From: Octopus bimaculoides
Taxonomy: Eukaryota
Assembly: GCF_001194135.2 (NCBI RefSeq)
Contig: NC_068997.1
Span: forward strand, 45,950,721-46,014,720
Reading direction: 5' to 3'
DNA: 64,000 nt
Positions within the stretch are counted from its first letter, which is position 1. Each line of letters starts with the position of its first letter. Positions 1-13,885 of the stretch are shown piece by piece. The notes under the pieces were generated by a model. That model ran no database searches. It saw only the letters and a program-made list of their open reading frames with translations, and had not been told where the DNA came from. The translations under genes were made by a program, and so were the position numbers.

Positions 1-1399
1 TCTCGTCTGGCCGTAAAGCCTTTTCTGTTTGTTTTCCTGTCTTGTTTTTTGTCCGCCACTACATTCCTCCATGGCTAGATTTAATTTGCGTATACAAATT
101 TAATCTGCGATCCATGGGACGAGCCGTTTTAGCGATGCGTCCTGCCCAAGCTCGTCGAAACGCCGGTGTTAAAACGTGGGTGGCTGATGAAGGAGATGTT
201 CTCTATGTGGCTCGTGTGTTCTCGTCTACGTTTGTTTGCAATGTCCTGTACCCAGATATGCACCTATACATACAGGTGGATGTCGGTATGCACATACCTG
301 TACGTATATATGCATATACTCATTTACTATTTATATATATATATATATGTATATGTTTTGTGTGTCTGTGTTTGTCCCACCAACATCGCTTGACAACCGA
401 TGCTGGTGTGTTTACGTCCCCATAGTTTAGTGGCTCGGCAAAAGAGACCGATAGAATAAGTACTAGGCTTCCAAAGAATAAGTCCTGGGGTCGATTTGCT
501 CGACTAAAGGTGGCAGAGTATTAAAAAATGATGACGATGACATTACAACTTCTTAAACTCTACTTTTGTGTTAATCCTTTTGTTACCATATCTATGTGCA
601 ACTAATCCTGTCTTCGTTTCAATTAATTTTGAAAATAATGAAGAATTTATTAAGATAACTTTATCATTTAAGCTGATGTCTAGAATACAAATTAACATGA
701 AAGAGTGGTTTCATTGCTTTTTACGTAGCACCAGCACTGGCAGGGTAACCGAGTAACTCGCAAGACAAGGAATTATGAGATGGGCAGGAGAATTTTAGGA
801 GGGGAATTTGTGTCAGAGGAGAAAGAGAGAGAGAGAAGAACAAGAAAGAGGACAGAGACAGGTGTGCTGATGTAAAGGAGATACTTGGTTACCTGGTCAG
901 CAGAAAAACAAGAGAAAGAGTAAGAGAGGGTGACCAAGGATGAGGTGTGCTGCTGTAGAGGAGATACATGGCTACCCAGCACCAGAGGGAAGAGCAAGAG
1001 AAATAGAGAGAGAGAGAGAGTAGGAAACAGCAAAAGTGTAAGAGGGAAAAGGAGAGAGATGGTGAAGTGCCGAGGTATACTCACAAGTAACAAGTATCAG
1101 AGCATAGATGTGATGGTAGAGTAAAGAAGAGAGAGAGAGAGGTACAAAGGTCATTATATATACATGGTCAGGTGTTGCCAAGAAGGCACAAGTAGGGAGT
1201 GGGGATTGTGATGACTGGCAAAAAACCTGGGTAGAAAAATGGGGTGGGAGGGAAAGCAGCGATACAGTGAGCAGTGCAGTGAAGGCGAGTGGGAGACAAT
1301 CATAGTTTATGAAGAGGAAACGTGAGGAAGAGAAAGATGCTGTTTTGAAGAGGAGATGTAGTTTGGTTTCATGGGGTAGGGTGTGTGAAAAGTTTGTTG

Positions 1400-1858
1400 T
1401 TACATGTGGGTGGGACACATGTAATTGAGTATTGTTGAGATGGGCAGGCCTTCTCTAGAACCTCATATGACCAAACATCTTGGTCCATTGTCATTTGCTC
1501 CATGAACCCCAACATCCTTAGATCAGTCCTCACCACTTCATCCCATGTCTTCCTGGTTCCCCACTGCCACAGGTACCATCCACTTTCAGCGACAGGCACT
1601 TCTGTATACAGTTGTCTTTACTCATACACATCACAAGTCCAAACCAATGCAGTCTCCTCTCCTGCATACCACATTTAATCCCTCTTATACCTAACTTATC
1701 TCTCAACACAGTTATGCTTTGTCAGTCATGCACACTCATGTTGCAAATCCAATGGAGCATACCACCTTCATTCCTCTCCAACCTACGCATGTCTTCTACA
1801 GTCAAAGCCCATGTCTCACTACCACGTAACACAGCTGTTCTCACACAGGCATCATACA
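1400..1858 (-). mobile_element. RTE-clade LINE 3' fragment
   Basis: LYDACVRTAVLRGSETWAL...RRLERNE and RKTWDEVVRTDLRMLG are RTE C-terminal motifs. Confidence 0.8.
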
Positions 1859-1859
1859 A

Positions 1860-1896
<37 letters not shown>

Positions 1897-3385
1897 ACAC
1901 AGTGAATATGATACAGGAATAAATACATATATATATATATATATATATACATATATATATACATATATATATACATATATATATATACATATCCACACAG
2001 TAAATATGATAGAAAAATATATATACATATTCACACAGTGCATTTCCATAGAAAAATATCAAACAGCTAAGGAAACCAATGTCACAGGGGACTCTTGCCC
2101 ACGTACTNNNNNNNNNNNNNNNNNNNNNNNNNNNNNNNNNNNNNNNNNNNNNNNNNNNNNNNNNNNNNNNNNNNNNNNNNNNNNNNNNNNNNNNNNNNNN
2201 NNNNNNNNNNNNNNNNNNNNNNNNNNNNNNNNNNNNNNNNNNNNNNNNNNNNNNNNNNNNNNNNNNNNNNNNNNNNNNNNNNNNNNNNNNNNNNNNNNNN
2301 NNNNNNNNNNNNNNNNNNNNNNNNNNNNNNNNNNNNNNNNNNNNNNNNNNNNNNNNNNNNNNNNNNNNNNNNNNNNNNNNNNNNNNNNNNNNNNNNNNNN
2401 NNNNNNNNNNNNNNNNNNNNNNNNNNNNNNNNNNNNNNNNNNNNNNNNNNNNNNNNNNNNNNNNNNNNNNNNNNNNNNNNNNNNNNNNNNNNNNNNNNNN
2501 NNNNNNNNNNNNNNNNNNNNNNNNNNNNNNNNNNNNNNNNNNNNNNNNNNNNNNNNNNNNNNNNNNNNNNNNNNNNNNNNNNNNNNNNNNNNNNNNNNNN
2601 NNNNNNNNNNNNNNNNNNNNNNNNNNNNNNNNNNNNNNNNNNNNNNNNNNNNNNNNNNNNNNNNNNNNNNNNNNNNNNNNNNNNNNNNAGATAGATAGAT
2701 AGATATACATACATACATACATACATTTATTCTTTCCTTTCATTCTTTTACTTGTTTCAGTCATTTGACTGCAGCCATGCTGGAGCACTGCCTTAAAGGG
2801 ATTTAGTCAAAGAAATCAACCCCGGGACTTATTCTTTGTAAGCCTAGTACTTATTCTATCAGTCTCTTTTGCCGAACTACTACGTTACGGAGGACATAAA
2901 TACACTAACATTGGTTGTCAAGTGATGGCGAAGGGACAAACACAGACACACAAACAAATATATTCGTGTGTGTGTGTGTGTATTATTTGTTTGTTATTTC
3001 ACAGCGGCCAGGCTGGAGCACCGCCTTTTTAGTCGACATATGAACCAAAGTCATTATTTGCAAGTGAGTATGACACTAGGAGAATGTACCATGCTTTTGC
3101 TAATTGCTTTAGATTGTCATTTAGATGAGCAGACATAGACACTTGGAGAGAGGGATAAGGCTGCACCAGTACGACACTGCTACTCATTTACAAGGTTTTT
3201 GTCGGCCTTGGGAGACATTTGTCCAAGGTATCTTGTAGTGGGAATGAACCCAAAGCCATGTGGTTGGGAAGCAAACTTCTTACTACACAGCCATACATAC
3301 AAAATAAAAAGAAAAAACATTCTTGAGCAATGATCACCACTACAATCCCATTCGACAGCACTCAACTCCACTTCGCTCCACCTAC

Positions 3386-3535
3386 CATCTTCACAGTAAT
3401 AACTGTGCCATTGAACTTGGTCTGGTTGAGATGACGGATGCAGTTGTTTGCGTCTTCAGTTGAAGCCATAATCACAAAACCATAACAGCGACGACTTGGA
3501 ATCCGTGCAGTTGTCACAACTTTGGCAGCAACAAC
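3386..3535 (-). CDS. SAFB/SLTM-like gene, second RRM exon (RNP1)
   Basis: VVAAKVVTTARIPSRRCYGFVIMASTEDANNCIRHLNQTKFNGTVITVKM closely resembles the SAFB RRM ([23 protein letters not shown]...). Acceptor ttttccag, donor GTAGGT, 150 nt, phase 0-0. Confidence 0.92.
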
Positions 3536-4895
3536 CTGGAAAACAAACAAAAAAAAAGCATGGTTATAAGGTGGTTATAAGATAACGAAAGAGATTAAAT
3601 GGGACAATCGTTTGTTTTGCATACATTTTATAAGCACAGGTGTGGCCACCCAGAGTGTACGGGTGGCCACACCTGTGCTTTGAATGTAGAGTTTAGTTGT
3701 TTTATCTAAAATAGAGTGCTGGTGTGACATAAAAAGCACTCAGTCCACTCTGCAAAGTGGTTGGTGTTAGGGAGGGCATCTAGCTGTAAAAACCATGCCA
3801 AAAGAGACAGCTAAGCATGGTGCAGTCTTCTGCCTAGCCAGCTTCTGTCAAACCATCCAACCCATGCCAGCATGAAAAGCAGACGTTAAATGATGATGAT
3901 GATGAGAGTTACTTAATCCAGCATCTTCATCTTAAAGCTATGGTACTACATTACCACCATCATTTAACATTCATTTTCTGTGCTGGTATGGGTTGAATGA
4001 GTCGACAGTGCCAATCATTTTACAGAGTTATGCTGGTATAGGCTGGATGATTCAACAGGAGCTGGTGAACTGGTGCACTGTACCAAGCTTCAATGTCTGC
4101 TTTGGCACAGTTTCTACATCTGGATGCTCTCCTTAATGCCAACCACTTCTCAGAATATACTGGGTACTTTTCAAATGGCATCAGCACCAGTGAAGTCACC
4201 AACTAACTTGCAAGACAAGAGCCCTCAATACTGGGTAGTATGGAGGGAGGCGGCTTTATGCCAGGTAATATTATCATCATCCATCATTTTGAATCCGGGT
4301 TTTGTCCCCGTTAACACGGGTGGCTGGATCTACCTCAATACCATACAACTGCCCTCACACCATCTCGCTCTATCTTGCCCAGTTTTGGGCGTCCTCCTTT
4401 CTCGAGCCAACCCTCCCAATCTCCTCCTCCTCCTGTCCCCTTCACATTTTCCTCAGTCTACCTCGCTTTCGCTGTCCATTTACCTCAAAACCTAGCACCC
4501 TCTTCAGAACATGCTCAGCAGGACTCTGAAAGGGGTCTCAGGGAGTAGCGTCCCAGCCTTCCTGAGCTAGTTTCCCACCACATTTCTTAAACATCATGGT
4601 AGAGGCCTTGGTCTTGGGACCACTCATGTCTCGAAACTGAGTTTGGGGGTAAGCAAGGGCATGCTCCCCGTAGAAAATCCAGCTACGAAAAAGCCTCAAG
4701 ATAATAGCAAAGGAGGTAATGAGAAGTTTAAATATGATAGAGAGACAAGAACAGGTGTCTAGCCAAAAAAATAGATACATGATGGTGAAGACTACATGAT
4801 CAAATTTTACAAATCTAAACCATTTACATGAAATTTTAAAACTGAATGTGAAGCAGATAAAATATTTATATTTTTAATTTAAATCATTTACAAAC

Positions 4896-4987
4896 CCAGC
4901 CATATTTGACAAACAGTGCTTTGAGATTTGCAGCTTTGGTGTTGGCTTTGAGTCCAGTAATCCACAAATTACAAGTTTTGGCAGATT
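4896..4987 (-). CDS. SAFB/SLTM-like gene, first RRM exon (RNP2)
   Basis: (K)SAKTCNLWITGLKANTKAANLKALFVKYGW versus SAFB [25 protein letters not shown]. Polypyrimidine acceptor ctttcgtag, donor GTTTGT, 92 nt, phase 1-0, fits both neighbours. Missed by the ORF track. Confidence 0.9.
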
Positions 4988-5790
4988 CTACGAAAGAAAA
5001 AAAAATGAAAAAAAAAAAGAATTTTGGTTTAATAATCTATCTTATAATTTCATTATAATTTCAAAAACATTTAATCCTTTAAAACTCAATGGAACAGGTA
5101 AAAGTCTAAATGTTGTTCACAGTAAAATCTGAAATTATTTTTTGTATAATTTCCATTCCAGTTTAACATATTGAATAGTTGTATGTAGTAGTGCATATTA
5201 AATATGTAGCAGTGCTCATATCTGTAGATTTGAAGGAAAATTAAGAAGGTTTTAATGTTGTGGCTGCATGGTTGGCTTGCTTTGCAAACATGTGGTTTTG
5301 GGTTCAGGCCTGCAGTGCGACACCATAAGCAAGTGTCTTCTACTATAACCCCAGGCCAGCCAATGCTTTGCAAGTGAATTTGTTAAATGGAAGCTTTGTG
5401 AAAGCCCATCGTGTGTGTTTGTGTGTGTGCGTCTTAATGTTTGCCACCCCACTACCACTCAACAACTGCTGTTGGTTTGTTTATGGCCATGTAACACTTA
5501 AGTTACATGGCCAATAGTAAAAGTAGGAGACTTTAAAATAAGTACTGAGGTTGATTTGTTAAACTAAACACCTCACAACAGTGCCCCAGCATGGTCTTTT
5601 ATTCGCTTCAGTCATTTGACTGTGGCCATGCTGCAGCACCGCCTTTTAGTCGAACAAATCAACTTTTTCTTTGTAAGCCTAGTACTTATTCTATCAGTCT
5701 CTTTTGCTGAACTGCTAAATTACAGGGACATAAACGCACCAGCATCAGTTGTCAAGCGATGGGGGGGGGGGACAAATACAGACACCCACC

Positions 5791-5821
<31 letters not shown>

Positions 5822-6037
5822 GTATATATACATGACAGGCTTCTTTACAGTTTCCGTCTACCAAGTCCACTCGAGGCTATAGTAGGAGACACTTGCCCAA
5901 GGTGCCACTCAGTGGGACTGAACCCAGAACCATGTGGTTGGTAAGCAAGCTACTTACCACACAGCCACTCCTGCACCTAAGATTTGGACCTAAAAGATTA
6001 TAACAATGTACATGGTAAGAGAACAAAGGATTCTTAC

Positions 6038-6075
6038 TTGGTTTACCCTTCTTTGTTTTAGGTGTGTCTTCAGAA
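6038..6075 (-). CDS. SAFB-like gene, micro-exon B (SEDTPKTKKGKP)
   Basis: ttttttccag acceptor, GTAAGA donor, 38 nt, phase 2-1, bridges exon A and the first RRM exon in frame. Confidence 0.78.
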
Positions 6076-7140
6076 CTGGAAAAAACAAAAAGAACAGAAA
6101 TATCACATTAGGATATTGACAAATCCAGGCAATATATTCAACATAAAACTATTACAACAGTGTAAAACTAATTGTTTTATACTATTAAAATAAATGTGTA
6201 ATATGTGATATATCACAAGCAGTAAAACAGTTAGAATATTTACATGTGGTGTATGAATCTCAGACAATACAACATGGTTAGAATATTGCTACATGTGACA
6301 TCATCATCATTCAAGGTTCACTTCTCCATGCCTGCATGGGCCAGATGGGATTTATTGAGGCAGATTTTCTTCTACAGCCGAGTACCTTTCTTGTCACCAA
6401 CCCTCATCAGTTTCCAGGCAAGATAATATTTCTCAATAGGCAGACATGTTTTTCATGGAAGACTGGAGACAAACAACATTGCTTGTATGAAAAAGATGCT
6501 CATTTGCAATCATCACATGATGACAAGACAAGATTATAAACACACACACACACACACACACATATACATGTGTGTACATATATATGTATATACATACATA
6601 CACACATACATACATACAATGGACTTCTTTCAGTTTCTGTCAACTAAATCCACTCACAAGGCTTTGGTTGACCCAAGGTTACAGTGGAAGACACTTGCCC
6701 AAACTCCCACACGGTGTGAGTAAGCCCAAGACCAGATTGGAGCCTGGTGCAGCCATCACCAGTCCTCAGTCAAATCGTCCAACCCATGCTAGCATGGAAA
6801 GCGGACGTTAAACGATGATGATGATGATATATATATATATATATATAGATAGATGGATATAGATATAGATATATATAATGGGCTTCTTTCAGTTTCTGTC
6901 TATCAAATCCACTCACAAGGCTTTAGTCAGCCCGGGGCTATAACAGAAGACACTTGCATAAGATACCTTGCAGTAGGACTGAACCTTGAAGCCATGCGGT
7001 TGAGAAATTTGCTTTTCAACCACACATCCATGCTTGGAAAAGGGACGGAACTATTAGAGAAAGCAGACAGAGCTATTAAGAGAAGGGAACAGGGTTACTG
7101 GAAAAAAAGGACAAAGGTATGTAAAGAATCCAATAATTAC

Positions 7141-7658
7141 CTTTTGGTCTTGGCATCTTTACTATCTTTCTTCTGTTCCACCTTCTTATCCGTCTTTTGG
7201 TCTTTCTGGCTTTTAGCACCAGCATCAGCTTCAGTAGTGCTGACGGTGGTGGACGTTTTGCCATTTGCTTGCTCACTTTTCTTTTCATTTGTTGCTAAGT
7301 CAGCGTCCAGGTCGTTATGGATGTCATCAACGAGTACAATTAATGACTCGTTCTCTTCGGATTTTGCAGCTGTTTTCAGCAGAGTAGACTTGTTAATGAC
7401 TTTCGAAGTGTTAGACAATACATTTGGCTCTGAAGAACTTTGGTTTAAGTTATTATTATTTTTGTTTTCCGGCTTTTCTGACACCTGATCTGAAGAAGAA
7501 CCATTGCTGGCCTCTTTAGAACCAGCATCTGCGAGCTTGGTTTCCATCTGGCCTGCAGGGTCTCTGGTCACTGAAGAAGAATTATTGGTGTCTACGGTTT
7601 GATCGTTACTCTCAGCCTTGATCACTGACTCCACTTTGTCTCCAGCGTTCAACTCTTC
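7141..7658 (-). CDS. SAFB-like gene, large charged low-complexity exon A
   Basis: Open frame EELNAGDKVESV...DSKDAKTK(R) (ORF 7137-7652). Acceptor tgtttag, donor GTAATT, 518 nt, phase 0-2. Confidence 0.88.
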
Positions 7659-7770
7659 CTAAACAATATACAAACAATTGTACGCATTAAGAGCACTACT
7701 CAACACATGCATGCAAGGAGATGGAGTATGGAGATGAAGGTGCCTATAATTGTATCATTTTGTTTCCAAT

Positions 7771-8180
7771 AGGCGTAGGAGTGGCTGTGTGGTAAGTAGC
7801 ATGCTTACCAACCACATGGTCCCAGGTTCAGTCCCACTGCGTGGCACCTTGGGCAAGTGTCTAATACTATAGCCTCGGGCCAACCAAAGCCTTGTGAGGG
7901 GATTTGGTAGACAGAGACTGAAAGAAGCCCGTTGTATATATGTATATGTATGTATATATATGTGTGTGTCTGTGTTTGTCCCTCCTACATCGCTTGACAA
8001 TCGATGCTGGTATGTTTACGTCCCCGTAACTTAGCGGTTCGGCAACAAGACAGACCGATAGAATAAGTACCAGGCTTACAAAGAATAAGTCCTGGGGTCG
8101 ATTTGCTCGACTAAAGGCGGTGCTCCAGCATGGTCACAGTCAAATGACTGAAACAAGTAAAAGAGTAAGAGTAAAGAGTA
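7771..8180 (+). mobile_element. Abundant tRNA/CORE-like SINE (family 2), full length
   Basis: gtggctgtgtggtaag...ggttcagtccc...accttgggcaagt, internal (TA/TG)n, tail gaaacaagtaaaagag. Other copies near 355, 2745, 5600, 9186, 10540, 13010, 17580, 22620, 23792, 27530, 43700, 49860, 59770, 60725, 62560 and 63680. Confidence 0.88.
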
Positions 8181-8885
8181 TTTAAATCAGCCCAATGCTT
8201 TACTGATATTTATTTAATCAACTAAAAAATTGTTTTTGACTTAGGAAAAAAAAAACTTAGAAAATAAACTGACTCTGGCTGGATTTGAACTCTGATGGTA
8301 AAAGAGGATAACTAAATACTGCAAGACATTTATTCCAACACTCTACTACCACCACCACCAACAACACCAATCTAAGGCAATGTAAGAATCTAATGGCTGT
8401 GAAAGTAGAGTAGGTTGGCTGCAGGTAACAGTCATCTCCTGATTTCTAGCTCTACTACTACTTCTACCACCACCACCTCCTCCTCTTCAAATATACTGAT
8501 GCCTTGAGCCAACATATGAGCTGACAAGGAAGTCTCTACGTGGCCAATCAACCTATTAGAAGTGGTAGCCAAGTCTTCCTCCAATCTAAAATAAGGAAAG
8601 GACATGAAGAACAGACACTTCAGGATACCCCCAAAAAGACAAGGATGACCATGGATGGGATGTCACTGGTCTCAAGTCTGCTTAATCAAGTTTGATCTAG
8701 AGCTAAACAGCAAAAAAAACAAAAAAAACTCAGACATGTCACAAGTGAGCAGTAAAGGCATCCAGCTGTCAGAAAAAAAAAACAATTAGTCAATCCACCA
8801 ATGTTATAACGAGTGGCAAGTAAATTACTGAATCAGAAAAAATGCAGGATAAAAACACAAAAATTTTCAAATTATCTACACTGAC

Positions 8886-8914
8886 CTTCTTTTCAGCCAC
8901 GTTTACAGATTCCT
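8886..8914 (-). CDS. SAFB-like gene, micro-exon C (ESVNVAEKK)
   Basis: Long poly-T tract plus ctag acceptor, GTCAGT donor, 29 nt, phase 1-0. Confidence 0.7.
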
Positions 8915-10247
8915 CTAGAAAAAAAAAAAGAAGAAAGAAGAAAAGAAAAATGCTTTAGAAATATGATACAGAAAAATTTAACGTTTTTGTTGTTTGCTGA
9001 AATTCACTCCTTTCATTTTCGAAAAATAACAAAGGATTTAGTAAAATAACTTTGTTGTTACTTCATTATTAAGCGGGAACGTAAACAGTGATGAAATTTT
9101 GATGGCAGGTTTTAATTTTTTAAGCTTTTAGCATTCAGGCCATTCATTCAAATGCAACACTAACTTATTCATTCACATTACTCTTTTCTCTTTTAGTTGT
9201 TTCAGTCATTTGACTGCGGCCATGCTGGAGCACCGTCTTTAGTCGAGCAAATTGACCCTAGGACTTATTCTTTGTAAGCCGAGTACTTATTCTATCGGTC
9301 TCTTTTGCCAAACCGATAAATTACAGGGACGAAAACACACCAACATCAGTTGTCAAGCGATGTTGGGGGGACAAACACAGACACACACATATATATAAAT
9401 ACATATACATGTACGACAGGCTTCTTTCAGTTTCTGTCTACCAAATCCACTCACAAGGCTTTGGTCGGCCCGAGGCTATAGTAGAAGACACTTGCCCAAG
9501 GTGCCACGCAGTGGGAATGAACCCGGAACCATGTGGTTGGTAAGCAAAGCTACTTACCACACAGCCACTCCTGCACCTATGCTATGACCATTTTAAAAAA
9601 GTTTGCGTTTTCCTCAGCAAAATCAAGGAGATCCGATGCAGCTGAAACCTGATCATCTTTTTGAGACAACCACACTCTACACACTTCACTTCCAAGCATT
9701 GCTATAAACAACACAAGGGAGCGAGAGAGGAAGTTACAACTGAGTATGCATATGTAACAGAGTTCAAGGTCAGTCTATGCCATCCAGCTTCACTCTGCAT
9801 ACTCTAGCTCCATTACCACTGTCACAGTACCTGGGTGCCAACAGGGAAACAAAAAACCCAGACGATGCAGGCTTGATTACATGAGAATTTACTTTCAGAA
9901 GTAAGCTAACAACAACATCATCATCATCCTCCAGTGTTTTCTCCCTGTTAACGGGGGTGGCCAGATCTACCTCAATGCCATAGCAACAAAGGTAGGCAGG
10001 TGCAGCCCACCCCAACCTTTGGGCTGGCTGGCTTGTGCCCATTCTCCTTTGCTATCATGAAACTTGTTCGTAGCTGGATTTTCTACAGAGAGCATGCTCT
10101 TGCTTACCCCCAACCTCAGTTTCTAGACATGAGTGGTTCCTGAGACCAAGGCCTCTACCATGATTTTAAAGAAATGTGGTGGAAAACTAGCTCAAGAAGG
10201 CAGGGATAATAACACCAAAAATATATTATTATAAAAGAGATTCTTAC

Positions 10248-10282
10248 TTCCTTTTGTTTTCTTGTCATCTGAATTGGCAGGA
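10248..10282 (-). CDS. SAFB-like gene, micro-exon B' (PANSDDKKTKG), paralogous to exon B
   Basis: tttttcag acceptor, GTAAGA donor, 35 nt, phase 2-1. The donor-side flank gattcttactt is shared with exon B. Confidence 0.65.
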
Positions 10283-11321
10283 CTGAAAAATAAAAATTTT
10301 ACTCTATGACATCACCATTCATTATTATTATTATTATTATTATTATCATTATTATCATAATCTTCATAACAACAATTATATATATCATCTTTTATCATTC
10401 ATTTCAGTCACTGGACTGCAATCATGCAGGGGCACCACCTTGAAGAGTTTTAGCTCATCAAATTAACCCCAATCCTTATTTTTAAAACCTGGTACTTATT
10501 CTATCAGTTTCTTTTGTGAACTGCTAATTCTTAGAGATGTTGGTATGGCTGTGTGGTAAGAAGCTTGCTTCCCAACAACATGGTCCTGGGTTCAGTCCTA
10601 CTGTGTGGCACCTTGAGCAAGTGTCTTCTATTATAGCCTTGGGCTGACCACAGCCTTGTGAATGGATTTGGTAGATGGAAACTGAAAGAAGCCTGTTGTA
10701 TATACATATATATGTGTGTGTCTGTGTTTGTCCTCCACCATGGCTTGACAACTGGTGGCATTGTGCTTACAGTCCTGTAATTTAGCAGCTCAGCAAAAGA
10801 TGCTGATAGGGTACCAGGTTTGAAAAAATAAAAATACTGGGGGGTCGATTCATTTGACTAAAAATTCTTCAAGGTGGTGCTCCAGCATGGCCGCAGTCTA
10901 ATGACTGAAACAAATACAAGATAAAAGATAAACCAAAAGCAGTTGTCAAGCAGAGATGGGGGACAAACACACACATACATATATAACAGACGATAGAGAC
11001 AGAAAATGGAATGCACAGGAAACTTTATTCACAATGATCATCAAACACATTCTGCATCGATAACCTTGCAGGTAGGAAACTACACAAGTAGTTGTGGTGC
11101 ATCCCTCGGTGTAGAAGTGTCTCATCAAGAGACATAATCCAGCAAAAGTTGTGTAATTATTATGGATGGCATCAGGTAGCCATAGGCAGTGAACATGCTT
11201 TATTGGCATACTACTAGGAACAAACCCAACACTTAAATATTAACTTATACATATATACACCTACACACAGTTTCTGACTTTAAGGGTATTGTGAAAGGCC
11301 TAGTTAGAGGCCCAACCTTGT

Positions 11322-11451
11322 AGAAAAACTGAAGGACCACTGCAATAAGTGTGTGAATCTGAGAGGGGAATATGTTACATAAAATCATAATTAACTGATC
11401 CTCCTGTATTTTCTTTTACTCAAAGCCAGAAACTTTTCAGCACCCTCTCGT
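11322..11451 (+). mobile_element. Mariner 3' end
   Basis: KLKDHCNKCVNLRGEYVT-stop followed by the TIR-like aaacttttcagcaccctctcgt. Confidence 0.6.
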
Positions 11452-13628
11452 GTGTATGTGTGTGTATTAACATAGGAGCAAGGAACAGAAATTCTCTCCC
11501 TACCAAATTCTACTACACATTTAAATTAAATATTCTTTTCTCTTATTTGTAAACACACACAAACACACGAGGAGTGTTATGCATATATAACAGTGTTCAA
11601 TACATGCTTTGGGTAGGGTAGTGAGCAGGCAGAATCATTAGCACACCAGGCGAAATGTTTAACGGTATTTCATCCATTTTTACGTTCTGAGTTCAAATTC
11701 CACAGAGGTCGACTTTATCTTTCATCCGTTCGCAGTTGATAAAATAAGTACCAGTTGAGCACTGGGGGTCAATATAATCGACTTAACCCCTTCCCTGAAA
11801 CTGCTGCCAAAATTTGTAACCAATATATTTGCTTCAGGTAAAAGTAAACCAAGGCTTTTTGTGGTGACTGAACTGTTTAACCACATCTAATTAATATCCC
11901 GACATAATCTTAATCCTTACATAGCTTTCATACCTACATTCCAACATTAAACTACTTTTGTTTTGATGCAGAACAATGCCAATTATTTGTCATTACACCA
12001 TGTGAACCAAATACAACATGTTACTGGAACAATAATTCTATTAAAAACTGAGAGATTAAGTAAATTCCATCAGATATTTAATCTGTTGTCATTTTCAGGA
12101 CGTTTGTCAACTCAGCATANNNNNNNNNNNNNNNNNNNNNNNNNNNNNNNNNNNNNNNNNNNNNNNNNNNNNNNNNNNNNNNNNNNNNNNNNNNNNNNNN
12201 NNNNNNNNNNNNNNNNNNNNNNNNNNNNNNNNNNNNNNNNNNNNNNNNNNNNNNNNNNNNNNNNNNNNNNNNNNNNNNNNNNNNNNNNNNNNNNNNNNNN
12301 NNNNNNNNNNNNNNNNNNNNNNNNNNNNNNNNNNNNNNNNNNNNNNNNNNNNNNNNNNNNNNNNNNNNNNNNNNNNNNNNNNNNNNNNNNNNNNNNNNNN
12401 NNNNNNNNNNNNNNNNNNNNNNNNNNNNNNNNNNNNNNNNNNNNNNNNNNNNNNNNNNNNNNNNNNNNNNNNNNTAATTTATCAACCCCGAAAGGATGAA
12501 AGGCAAAGTCTACCTCGGTAGAATTTGAACTTAGAACAAAGCCAGACAAAATGCTGCTGAGCATTTTTCTGACATGCTAACAATTCTGCCAGCCTGCCAC
12601 CTTAATAATAATAATAATAATAATAATAATGGCTTCAAATTTTGCCACAAAGGCAGCAATTTTGGGGGAGGGAATGAGTTGATTACATCAACCCAAGTCT
12701 TCAACTGGTATCTATTTCATCGACTCTGAAAGGATGAAAGGCAAAATTGGCCTTCACAGAATTTGAACTCAGAACGGAGTGACAGGAGAAATACCACTAA
12801 GCATTTCGTCCAGCGTGCTAATGATTCAGCCAGCTCACCATAAATTTGAGAATGGGTGACGATTGTTGATAAAATCACCTCCCTAGTATTTTGGCTGCTG
12901 TATCCCTTTAGTATCTAGATTATTCCGTTTAATGTAATATCTTTTTTTATTCACATTGTTTTGAATTATTCATACATTATCTCATAGCTTTGAGATTTTG
13001 ATCATCTCCTTTACTCATTTCAGTCATTTGACTGTGGCCATGCTGGAGCACCACCTTTTCAGTTGAGAAAATCAACCCCAGGACTTATTCTTTGTAAGCC
13101 TAGTACTTATTCTATCCGTCTCTTTTGCCGAACTGCTAAGTTACGGGGATATAAACACACCAGCATCAGTTGTCAAGCAATGTTGGGGGAACAAACAGAC
13201 ACGCAAACATACATACACACACACACACACATATATACATATACATATATACGACGGGCTTCTTTCAGTTTCCGTCTACCAAATCCACTCACAAGGCTTT
13301 GGTCGGCCTGAGGCTATAGTAGAAGACACTTGCCCAAGGTGCCACGCAGTGGGACTGAACCTGGAACCATGTGGTTGGGAAGCAAGCTTCTTACCACACA
13401 GCCACGATCCACGAATCGTGAAAGGCAAAACAGGATTTGAATGGAGAACACACAAAACTGGAACAAATACTACAAGACATTTAAGTAGGTACTCTACAAA
13501 AAGAACAAGGAGGAGAAGGAAAAAGAAGCAGGAGGGAGAGGAGGATATATTGAAATAGAAGGTAAGGGAACATGGGGAGTTGCAGTTACCAACCACAAAA
13601 ACTCAATATATGTATATATAAACAATAC

Positions 13629-13885
13629 CTTTTGGTCTTTCCTTCTTTACTGTCTTTCTTCTGCTCAGTTTTCTGGATTTTAGCAGGGGTGGCACCTTCA
13701 GTGGTATTCGTAGTGATGCACTTTTTGCCACCAGCCAGCTGTTTAATTTTCTTCCCGCTTGCAGTTAAATCAGCATCCAGGTCGTTATGGATATCATCGT
13801 CAAGTACAATTAATGACTCGTTCTCTTCCGATTTCACTGCTGTTTTTCAAGAATGGAAAACCCTGGTTAATGACTTTCAATGCAA
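13629..13885 (-). pseudogene. Exon A', partial duplicate of exon A with an apparent +1 frameshift
   Basis: KSEENESLIVLDDDIHNDLDADL...DSKEGKTK(R) parallels exon A and the donor GTATTG is intact in phase 2. T5 at 13843-13847 versus T4 at 7373-7376 shifts the frame, and homology ends at a GGT/AGT repeat. Confidence 0.65.

Noticed and set aside
100-200. Hammerhead-like remnant on the plus strand (stem GACGAGC/GCTCGTC followed by GAAAC, with a ctgatga further downstream)
   Set aside because: No intact CUGANGA directly before stem II and no valid NUH plus stem I arrangement. At best a decayed motif.
772-1370. GA-rich ORFs resembling membrane proteins (MLLVSIPR...)
   Set aside because: Low-complexity purine tract. 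The hydrophobic translation is a compositional artefact.
1811-2788. Long ORFs of 200-315 aa in the ORF track (also 11963-12564, 36373-36712, 51311-51993)
   Set aside because: They run through N gaps and microsatellites and are artefacts.
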